Assembly: GCF_964355755.1 (NCBI RefSeq)
Contig: NC_092679.1
Coordinates: forward strand, 14,925,432-14,989,431
Direction: 5' to 3'
Source: Antedon mediterranea
Taxonomy: Eukaryota > Animalia > Echinodermata
Length of the DNA stretch: 64,000 bases
The position numbers and the translations under genes are program-made. Positions 49,971-61,800 of the stretch are shown here, one piece after another (position 1 is the first letter of the stretch; each line of letters opens with the position of its first letter). The notes beneath the pieces are model-generated. The model did no database searches. It saw nothing but the letters and a program-made list of their open reading frames with translations, and was not told the origin of the DNA.

Positions 49971-52900
49971 TACTCTAGTAGCTAGATCAACTTTCGTATG
50001 CACTTTGAGGTCCAGAGAATTTGACTTCAGAAATTGGTTTAGGGTGGTCAAACAATCAATTTTGGCTTGGTTACACATTTTGAAAATGTGGCGAAAGGTC
50101 AAAAGGTCAGGGTGAAAGGTTATAACACCAAACACCAACATGTCCTTAAATCTCGACAACCACTGGTCACAGCAAGGTAATTTTGGTCTCAAATTGATCA
50201 GAAGGTATACATTTATATTCAGTCTAATGGGACATTTTAGCAAAAAATGACCGGAAATGCCATTTCTGACCTTTGACCCACAACCCAGGGCATGTATGTA
50301 TCTCCGTAACTACTGGTCATAGACACTTGAATTTGGTCTTAAACTGTTCGAAATATAGATTTTGTTATTTGCTACACATTTTGAAAAATGTTACAAAAGG
50401 TCAAAGAGTCAGGGTCAAGGGTTATATGAAGAAATATAAATAGCTACTTGTATCTTGGCAACCACTGGTCGTAGCAAGTCAATGTTGGTCTCAAAATGTT
50501 CAGAAGGCATGCATTCATATTCAGTCTAATGGGGCATTTTAGTCAAAAATGATCAGAAATGCTCTTTCTGACCTTTGACCCACATACCAGGGCATCTTCA
50601 TATCTCTGTAAGTACTGGTCGTAGAAACTTAAATTTGGTATCAAATTGTTGGAAATATACATTTTTACATTCATTCTAACAGAAAATTTGGTGAAAAGAT
50701 GATCAGAAATACTATTAATTACTAATGTTTCAAACAAAAAACATACCTCTACACAACTTATTCTTACAGGGCATCTTCATATCTCTGTAAGTACTGGTTG
50801 TAGAAACTTAAATTTGGTATAAAATTGTTCGAAATATACATATTTACATTCATTCTAATAGAAAATTTGGTTAAAAGATGACCAGAAATACTATTAATTA
50901 CTAATGTTATTGTTTCAAACAAATAACATATCTCTACACAACTTATCCTTGGACAGTAATGTTTTGCAATAACTTATGCTTTAAATTGTTTCATTATACG
51001 ATTTAAAACAAATCCTTTACTGTTTGTAATTGTATTTTTGCTTATAATAATGCTAGAAAGTATTTTTGACCCCCGAGGATGATCAAACATTTTTATAGAA
51101 ACGTCGAGCCCAACAGAATTCTTTTCAGAATGCTAAAGTAACTTACCGAATTCATCCTAATAAACGCCCCGGGCATTTATTGTTCAGAAGGGTTTTTTCG
51201 TTTTTTATTGGTGTAATATGGTATGTACAGTATAATCAAATAAATACTACCTACAGCAGAAAAAAAAAATACAGCACAATTATTATCAAAAAGTGATACA
51301 AAAATGCTTGGTAAATTGTAGATTATGGTAGTCATTGAAATTTGTTGTGATACAATTATTAGTCGCGTGCAGCTCACTATGTCGGTCGGTTGGTCGGTAA
51401 ACACTAACTAAAATTTGAGCACGCTTCTGCAGCCATGTATATGGCCTTGTTGTGTATATGCATGTGGCGGGGCGTTTAAATCGAAGGGAGGGGTGAGCGT
51501 TTATTTAAAATGTTTCTGTCTTTTAGACACAGGCTCCATTTAACGAATCCTCTCCGGGTGCCAGTATAATGATATGAAACAATGACACATCATTATCCTG
51601 AGACACTATATGAGATTACACAATTTGTCATCTGTTTGTTTGTAACTACAATTTGTCAACAATCAACACTGTCTTTTGCATATATATGCCAATACATAGT
51701 TTCAATATGTCCAGCTTTCCTGAAAACACCCTTGTGTACTGTAGTGTGTTGTAGTATGATTTTATCATGATACCCTTCTGATGCTTTTATTGTCAATGCA
51801 TTTAGTACTTAAAAAATAAAAAAACCTAAATTTCTAGTGGTATTGATAATAAATCTCCAGAAATATTGTTTTATTATGTACACTGGGAACAGACGTGTAT
51901 AAATTATGTATAATTTGCCGGTGACATTCAAAAATATTATACAACAGTGTTATATACAGAATGATGACAATGAATTGGTCTATTATAGTTGTCTCAGATA
52001 CCTTTTCAATATCATGATTGTACTTGCACCCGGATGAAGGAGGTTTAATCCAGTTATTCTTATTACAATATTAATTGTGTTGTACTTTTAGTCGCGTCGC
52101 GACTCTACAGCTCACTATGTTGGTTGGTCGGTCGGTAAACACTCACTTGAGCACGCGACTGCAGCCATCTATATGGCCTTGTTTTATATCTAGGGTGTAT
52201 TTATTTGATATACATATATTTTTACCATATTACATCAAAAACAAACAAAAACGCCTCCACCGAATAAACATCCCTCCCCCTAAACACCCCTCTGAACAAT
52301 AAATGTCCGGGGCGTTTATTCGGATAAATACGGTAAGTTACTTCTAGCATTCTGAAAAGAACTGTTGAGTTCGACGTTTCTATCAATACTTGATCATCCT
52401 CGGGGGGGGTCAACAATATTTTCTAGCATTATTATAAGCAAAAGTACAATTATAAACAGTAAAGGATTTGTTGTAATTCCTATAATGAAACCATTTAAAG
52501 CATCAGTTATTGCATACTATTTATATAAGAATAAGTTGTGTAGAGGTATGTTTTTTGTTTGAAACATTAGTAATTAATAGTATTTCTGATCATCTTTTCA
52601 CCAAATTTTCTGTTAGAATGAATGTAAATTGTATATTTCCAACAATTTGATACCAAATTTAAGTTTCTACGACCAGTACTTACAGAGATATTAAGATGCC
52701 CTGGTATGTGGGTCAAAGGTCAGAAATGGCATTTCTGATCATTTTTCACTAAAATGTCTCATTAGACTGAATATGAATAAATGCCTTCGCAACATTTTGA
52801 GACTAAAATTGACTTGCTGCGACCAGTGGTTGCCAAGATACAAGTACCTATTTGTGTTTGTTCATATAACCCTTGACCCTGACCCTTTGACCTTTTGTAA

Positions 52901-53320
52901 CATTTTTCAAAATGTGCAACAAATAAATAAATGCATACTGCGAACATTTTAGGACCTAATTCAAGTGTCTACGACCAGTACTTACGGAGATACATACATG
53001 CCCTCTGTAGTGGGTCAAAGGTCAGAAATGGCATTTCCGGTCATTTTTGACTAAATTGTCCCATTAGACTGAATATAAATGTATACCTTCCGATCAATTT
53101 GAGACCAAAATTACCTTGCTGTGACCAGTGGTTGTCGAGATTTAAGGACCTATTGGTGTTTGGTATTATAACCTTTCACCCTGACCTTTTGACCTTTCGC
53201 CACATTTTCAAAATGTGTAACCAAGCCAAAAATGATAGTTTGACCATCCTAAACCAATTTCTGAAGTCAAATTCTCTGGACCTCAAAGTGCATACGAAAG
53301 TTAATCTAGCTACTAGAGTA
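49971..53320. repeat. ~3.35-kb imperfect inverted repeat (foldback or head-to-head element pair)
   Basis: TACTCTAGTAGCTAGAT.AACTTTCGTATGCACTTTGAGGTCCAGAG at 49971 is mirrored at 53320. The arms stay alignable to ~51225/52220 and again at ~51550-51640/51960-52035. Rich in TGACCTTTGACC motifs. Confidence 0.85.
52088..52184 (+). mobile_element. Mini Helentron-type (HINE) element; second copy at ~51358-51452
   Basis: TTTAGTCGCGT ... (GGTC)n ... ACGCGACT ... GGCCTTGTT architecture. Both copies are in the same orientation. Confidence 0.55.
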
Positions 53321-55846
53321 ATAGGGACTTTTGTATTTTGCGCTATATAAATTTTTAGTTACCAAGTTACGCAAAGTCTTAACTTTGACCATATTGATTT
53401 TTTGGCCCCTGTAGTGACCAAGCATCCCAATTTTTTTTCGGCCAACAGCAAAAAATTGATTTTTATTGATATAAGGAAGCAAAAAAACCTTGTTAACATA
53501 GTTTGCTAGAGGGTGCAGGTAAACTCTTTCTGGCTCCCCAACTAATAAACAATTTTTTCTTTTCAAACTCCAACATGCAACAATAGCTAGAAGGAAACCA
53601 AATTTATCTTAAAGTTTAATTTGAGTTAAATTTTATTTCAGAATCAAATCGTTACAAAAAGTAACACACAGAGTCAAATGATGATCAACTACTTGAAAAT
53701 CACATATAGTTATATTTTTAGCCCAACTTTGCTTTTATAAGACGGACAAAAGCCTGTAACACCATGTGACATAACGTTAAATTAATCATGCATCCAAAAT
53801 CAAGATCTGGATTAAAACGACTGTATCATCTTTCCATACATGGCTACTGTTTAATATACGTGTGTAATTGTTTCTAGATAACAATTCCTCTTCAATTGCA
53901 CTGTACAAAATACTGTTTTTATGTATTGTAGTGTGTACATTTATTGCATTTAGGTGCTAAGTTAGAAAAAAACAAATATCATATATTTGTTAATTAAAAA
54001 CAAATATTTTATAACAAAATATGTCAGGCATAGTGTAAAAATCTAGATTGTTGAAAAAAAACCATTTTAGATTTATTAAATAATGCTTGGCATTTGATAA
54101 AATTGCCCATCGTTTCAATATTTCATAATTGTTTTAAAATTTGAACTATCATCTCTCACAAACAGATTGTGTACAAAAATAAAACAAATGAAACATAGGG
54201 GAAACTATAGATCGATACTTATTGGAATGTATGATCAATATATAAATAAAAATATATGGCAAATTTACATTATGCTAAATATTATTGCATTTAGCTGTAC
54301 GACAAATAAAAACAGACATAAAAATACTTAGTAAGGACAACAACAACCTAACTTTAAAAAAATATTATATGATTGCAAAATAAGGCAAGAGGATTACAGT
54401 ATTTTTTTGGTTCTATGTTTTCCAGACAATGGAATGTACATAGATTTTCAAACATAAAGAACTATTCATTTTATGTAGATTTGCTGGTATTATTTTCATA
54501 CTATTTTCAATTCTACATATTTTCTACAATTTAAAATTTAATTTAAAATTTTGAATTCTAACAAAGAAGCAATCATTTAAGTTAATTGTACCGGCAAGTA
54601 TTTTAGACAAACATTAAAAAAGTAGAAAAACATACAAATGTTTACTGTAGTGTACAAATTGAATGTTTACAAACAGTATGGAATACTTTTGTTTACATTT
54701 TGGACATACTTTTTACCACCATAATTTTAATTTTACAGGTAAGAAAAACTTTAAAATAGGTAAAAATAGTATTATATACAATTTAAATTCTATACTTACA
54801 AAAAAGTTAGGAAACTAAATGCATTTTGTGGAATATTTAGGCATATTTTGTATGACCATACAACAAGGCAAGATAAGTATTTTAGATAAACATGTTAAGT
54901 ACAAAAGTGCCTCACTGCTTTTACTGTCTTTAATCTACAAAAACTTTTAAAATAAACTATAAAAATGGTTTAACAAAGAAAAAAGTATAGAATGTATTTT
55001 GTAACAATTCTAAACATAGTTTCATAACTTTTTACAGACAGGTTTTTTATATAAAAGTAAGTACAAAAGAGCACCACACTTTACTGTATGTCTACATGAA
55101 CTCTATAGAATTTAAAATAAATTAACTTTGTATTAAAAATATGCAGTATAAAAAAGATTAACCAAAATTAGGGAATGCATTTTGTGGCAATTTTGCATAA
55201 TGTCAATGATTATAATTTTAATTTTACAGGCAAAATTATTTTTTTTCGGTAAAACTTTTAAGTGCTTGCATAAAAAAAAGTGCACCACTGTACTACTGTA
55301 TGTCTGTAGTCTACATTAACTCTATGTATTCTATACAGTTAGTTTAGAGAATGTATATTGTGGACATTTTAAGTTTATTTTTAATTGTACGGTTTTATAG
55401 ATAAAACAAAGTATCCCTAGTAAATCTTACTCTATGTATTGAACAAAATTTCACGTTTACTTTCAAATATTCAATTTTGTTGACAATCTATGCAGTGCAT
55501 TTTATTAAATTTTATTTATTTTTTAAAATTTTATATTGTATAAAGATCATAAATTTAATTTTCAATAAAATATTTAAAAAATAAGTACAAAAATACATTG
55601 GGAGAAGACTTTAGAATGCATTTTTGCATAAATTGCCAGTACCTTACATAACTGGTACTGTAGCAGTCTACAACACCTGCCATAATAACTATGGCCGATG
55701 GTTACCTTGAACCATATTATTAAAGTGGTTTGGAGTGTGGCCATATCTTACCCCACTTGAGTTGTTGAGGGTGCACCAGATGATCTGTAAACCTATTGAA
55801 AACACAGTCAGGCCTAATACAACTTCTTTGCACATCCAAAAATCTT

Positions 55847-58800
55847 TCAAATGTTATTTACTTTATCCTCCATTGTCAAATCTTCAACACTCCTTGTAAT
55901 ATCTTGCATATTCTCATTGGTATCTACAAACACGTCTGATGATGAGTGTGGAAAGTTTGGTTCTTTAAACTCTTTCTCTGGTGAAGAAAAACTAGATGTC
56001 GATGAAGATGTTGACATGTTTAGTACTAAATCTGATCCATTGGAGTCATCTAAATTAGGGATGGAGCCATCTGTTACATCTTGAGGTGAAGACTTGTGTG
56101 AACGTGTTGTGTTCTCAAGCTGGTTGTTCCTGGTACTGACATTACCTGTGGGACATATGGCATTGCGGTTGTTTATGGGATTAGCAAGCTGGTTCAAGTT
56201 TTGGTTTGTTTTTTTAATATGATCTTCAACCAAATTAGCAGCATCAATTCTTGAACATGCTTTTAAATGTTCAATGAGTTTTTCAAGAGGCTCATCTTTT
56301 GATTCCCAGGCTTGTAACACACATTCAGTTGGTGATGGATATGTCTCACCTAATCTAACAAGATTTTCACAATCAATTACACTGGCAAACATTCTCCAAT
56401 CGTTTCCATCTGCCATCGTAGGATTTAGCTTTTCATATAATTTAATGCGGAGGAAATAAGGCACTTTTAATGGACATGATATAGGAGATTGTGGTGAGAA
56501 AATTGATGGATGGCCATATGGATATGACATTTGCCCTGGAAATGTATAGTTAGGAGGTGGTATGCGAGGGTGGGAAAAGTTGGGACCAGTGGAGTGTGAC
56601 AATCCTTCATTATACACAACTGTAGATGACATCTGACTGCGGAAAGATGCACTTGCATGGCCACTGTCTGTACTTCGAGTTTGACTTTGTTGTATATCTG
56701 AACTCAGCCATCTGCTAGCTTGCACTTGTGATTGGTTTTCTCCAGTTCTGTTGTCATCAAGAACATTAACGCCTCTCAGCGGTGCTGTTGGTAGATCTAA
56801 GTTCTATCCACAAATTTGCAAAACAAATTATACATAAGAAAATGTAAAAATGGATATAATAAAATCAATACAGGTCTATAATCAAGTAATAATTATTATC
56901 GATTTAACAAATTAAATATAGAATTTACAAATTTTGAAAATGAAAATTCTGAAATCATTGACAAAACCTATTGGCAGACTTAACCATGGAATAAATCTAG
57001 GATCTTAGAGGAGGCGCTGTACAAGCCAGTTCTTAATGGTTTGAGCTCAGCTTCTGGATCTGAAGCCCAGGGTTTGAGAATCATCAATATCATTGGTTTT
57101 TAATAGTTGAGGCAATATAGTTGTGAGAAAGTATTTAGAGTGTTAGGTTCATCTAGGAAATAAGTTATTTATCTTGCAAATACAACTTACTTTAACTCTA
57201 TTTGTGACTACTAGTTTTGCTTTATCAAAGCCAGATTGTTGAACTGATATTTGACAATGGAACTCATTGATATCACCAACATTTTCAAATGCATATTGGC
57301 AGCTACCAATATCCTTCCTCCACAGGTTGTTTAAAATCTGAAAATAATGGTAACAATAGAGATAAAGCAATTACTCTATACAGTATATTAATGGTATTTA
57401 TTTTTTAATACTTTAAAAAAGAAAAAATTATTTATCCAAAGGTAATTCCTTATTATTTTTCTATGATAAAATAAATGTTTGTCTACATACTGTAGTTGCG
57501 CTAGATCAGGATAAGGCTAATCACCCTGATGAGTGACGCAGTAGAAAATATTTTATTCCTTAATCTATATTTTTATTGATCAAAGAAACTACAACACATA
57601 CCTGTTCCTCTTCTTCTGACTGCATAATCCAACCATTTCCAGTTTTTACATTAACTGTTACACTTGATTCACAGTTGTAAAGCTCAAATCTTAACAAATG
57701 AGTCATCTGACGTCTGTCTTCTTTTTTCTCTTCCTCATCAATAGCCTGTATGATACACAAATCATGTAAAATTGATATCTAGTAAAATTGATAAATTTTA
57801 CTAGATATCTGATATCTAGTAAAATTGATAAATTTTACTAGATATCTGATATCAAGTAAAAAAAATCAAGAGAATGTGAATTGTTTAATGTGTTGCAATA
57901 GTTGAGTCAGGAGCACTGTATCGCAACTGACATGCTCCATGGTACTGGTGGTAGAGCAAGTTTTCTCGTATAGAGGACTAAAACTGTTCGTTTAGTAGTA
58001 GGTATACAATTGCCTGTGTGAACTATAAATATTATTTGTGACCAGTAGCAGGGTACCCCGAAGTACCTCAAATGCTTAAAGATATATTATTTTCTTGAAT
58101 ATGACACTTTAATGCCACATAATAGTTAATATTCACTTCGACCAAAAATGTTATTTAAAGCAAATATAGTCAAATTGGCTGCCAGCCAATGGGGTTTTTG
58201 TTGAATTTAACTGTTTATTTTGTCATTTTATAAGTGAAAACAGGCGATTTTTTTTTCTATGGAAGTTATTAACTTGGTTAAAACTACAAAATGGCCTATG
58301 CAAAATCTGATTTTATTAATCTTCATTTTTCATGTTTTTGGGGACAATACATCTTTTAATGAAGGGCTCAATAAACAATAGTAAAAGTTCCTTATCTATA
58401 AAATTGTGTTTACCTTATTTAAATAATAATCACAGCTAAATCTTGAGAAACTATATTAAAAACAACTGGAGAGCCAAAACAAAATGTGCAATAGAAAATA
58501 GGGGTTCATACAGTAAGTTTGTATGTATCTGAGCTTTAATTTACTTGAAACACGAAAGTAGATAACTTTTACTAAGCCTACCTTTTTAAGGTCATCTCTG
58601 TCACCATGGCAGTGTATGTGAATTTCTTGGAAAGTCTGACAGTCATCAAGCTCATTTGCATAAACAACAATTCTCATATATTTAGCTTGATATTTTCCTG
58701 ATGGTAGCGTAATAATAACAAAGTCAGTAAAATGATTTACAAATAGGTAACCATATTGATTCTTCAGAAAGAGTATTTGAGATGAATCCTCTTGATTGTG

Positions 58801-61800
58801 TTTGACCTGCTTCCAATCTTTTGCCTCATCTAGAATTAAAATTAATATTCATTAGCAATCAAATGTTAGGTTGTTATTAGTCTATAGTGTGTTCTAATCA
58901 TAAATGGTCGAATTGATGGTGTTGTGATGTGAATTAATGCAGATGTTTGTGACAATTATGCAGTGGTTGCTGATGAATTACGAACCGATACTGATATCAT
59001 GAAGATATCGGGGACTTTTGAGCTCACACCTACTGGTACTCATCCACAGGTTTAAAGTTTCAATTGGACATGCACGGGCGGTCGCAGGACTATTTGAAGG
59101 GGGTTGCCCAAGAGGGCCAGTAATACTGAATATTTGCGCCACAGGCCACCCCCCCCCCCCCCATGGTGGTGGGAGAATTTTTGTTAAATGACACACCTAG
59201 ATGGCCGGAAATGGTACTCTCGCACGTAAAATTCATGATAAATAGAAATGACAATCTATATCGGGCTACAGTAGCAAACAGATCATATCACGCCTGGTTT
59301 TTCCGCCCGTAAAACACAAGCAACAAACAAAAGGATAACATTTTTTGCGTTCAATGCGAAGGTCAGAGGCGGTCCCCGACGAAGGTACTTCCGGTAAAAT
59401 GTAATAAATTCTAGGAATTAAAATCAATTAATACAAATTAATAACTATTATCAATTAATAATTAAAACAATTTAGAAAAAAATGTAAAGCTGCTGCTATA
59501 AATATATTGAGCAAAACGTTAAATTGTATTATTTTGAAATAAATGCTAAATAAGTCAGTAAAACCCCAATATCCAAAATTCATTTTCATTTATCCACTAT
59601 AAACTGTACAACCACACTCGAGAAAAGAAAATATGATCGAAATTTGCAGAAAGAAGCAATTAAACACTGTTTTTCCTTCGGAACATTCGTAATTATTAAG
59701 GAAATTCGCCCAAATATTACGGACGTAGGGAAATGAAGATAAATATATGGTACTACGGAAATACTTAAATGATGGAGAATCCCCGGCAAAATGCAATGAT
59801 TATGGAGAAATGAAAGACCCATGACGGGATTTACCACGAACACATGGACACAAGCAATCCAAACATTCAACAAAAACTCTGACTGCCGGTAAATTATGCA
59901 CGGTATTGTTGACTGCAGTCTGTCAATTTACATAGGCCTATAGTCTTTTCAAACCCTGGTCGACTTCTATAACATTAATAGTTAATAATTTATATAATAT
60001 GATGAAATCTAAATTTTAATTAGTGGCAGAAAAAAACATTTAGTATGACATTTAGGGTGTTGCCCGGGCAACTGGGGCAACACCCGTCTGCCCCTGACAT
60101 GTATGTTGACACGCCAGTGAACGTATGACCTTTGTAATTCAGTGCACATGGCCAGGCATAGCGTTGGTAGCTTAGGCCTAGCCTAAATCCTATATTCCTC
60201 AAATTAAGGCTGGTGGCTTAGTTATAGGACCTACAGTAGGTCCACCTGTATTACTTAAATCTTTATTTATAATAACTAACTCTATAATTTACAGTTCGAA
60301 ATGCCTTTTACTAAATTTTAATAAATAATTGCTAGGTCATCCTCCGCCATGATTTTAGTATTATGACATCATACGTCCACTTGTACTCAGTCACAGAGCA
60401 AACAGCATTTTTGGCAGTTGACTTAAAAGTCATAAAAATTACATCATAGGGTGAACTTAGTGAATGTGCGAATCGAAAAGTTTAATTCTTTTACTTGAAA
60501 ATAGTATATACGTACCAGGCTCAGAATTACTTGTATAAAGCTGAAGAGGGCAGTCCTCCTGTTTTCCACAATGAGGAAACACAATTAATACAGGTTTCTG
60601 AAATCTGTAACCATTTGGAAGACATGTTATTATTGGAGCAATGCACCCTTTATTCAAATCTTTATATGGCAGCTTTGTATAATTATCCAGAGAGTCCACA
60701 GCCAATCCGATGTCAGTAACTTCTCCCTCTGGTATAGCCATTGGAGGAATTATTAACTGAACACCAGTATTTGGAATCTTCAAACGTGCGCCAGACGAAT
60801 CCACTTTAACACTTGGAATATTCCTCACTACAGAATCAACTTCGTCTTCTTTACTTGGTGGACAGATAGGCTTTCTGTATTCCACAGGACTTACAAGTGT
60901 TGAAGTTGCAGAGCAGTATCCGCTAGAAACTGAATCTTGAGTATACAAAAAACGTTGGCATGGAGATAAACATTGGATGGCACAGTCTGTTTCAACCTCA
61001 CTTTCAAGAACTTCAATAATCGTCATACTCGTTTTTGATTCATCACAATCAATCTCACTCTCAAAACCTTTACAAACAGTACCTAAACTGTCATAACCAC
61101 TATCTTCTGATTTACAAAATCTTTCTTGTTGAATCTTTATAAATTTATTCTGACCAGCAGTTTCGGGTGAATGAACCCTTCGTAGATTATTGGATAACCT
61201 TACATCTGACCTGTTAGGTTCATTAATGGCCTCAGCCTTCTGAAGTGTTTTCTTTTGCAGATTTGTGGATTTGCTAGACTCCAGTTCACTACAACCAGTT
61301 TGTCCTTCATCTGCAGAGTCTTGAGGACTGTACTGGCAGTGCTTCATGGTCTTCTTCTTCTTCTCAGAAGTGTTTTGAAGACTGGAGTACATTTTCATTT
61401 GTTCTTCAACTGGAATATCTGAAATAATTCAAAATATGATCTGTAATAATCTGGGATGCGACTGGTTTTCTTTTAATGAACGAAAATATTCTCCCCATTC
61501 CCCCTTTACCTAAGGCATCGACTGCCTAATAATGTGGGGTTTAGATAAATCAAGTTTTTTGGGGGGAATTCAAGGGGTGGTAAGAGAGAGTGGGGAGTGG
61601 GGTTGGAGAGGGAGGAGGGGTGGATCCAACTCAGCCCAGGTTCCTCCTAAATATTTAAAAAATACAATAGAAAAGCACATTATAAATTCAGCACTTCATT
61701 TGCTAAAATTGTAGGTGTTAGGTCCCCACTACCACTACTACTTTATATAAAAACCTGGCGCCACCACTGCTATTACAGATACAAATAACTTATCACTTAT

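Noticed and set aside
49879-53350. Mirrored ORFs (..RPKLPCCDQWLSRFKD..)
   Set aside because: A consequence of the inverted repeat. No splice structure or domain support.
57524-57550. Hammerhead core CTGATGAG...GAAA (also 11885-11910 on minus)
   Set aside because: Stems II and III and the cleavage triplet cannot be formed.
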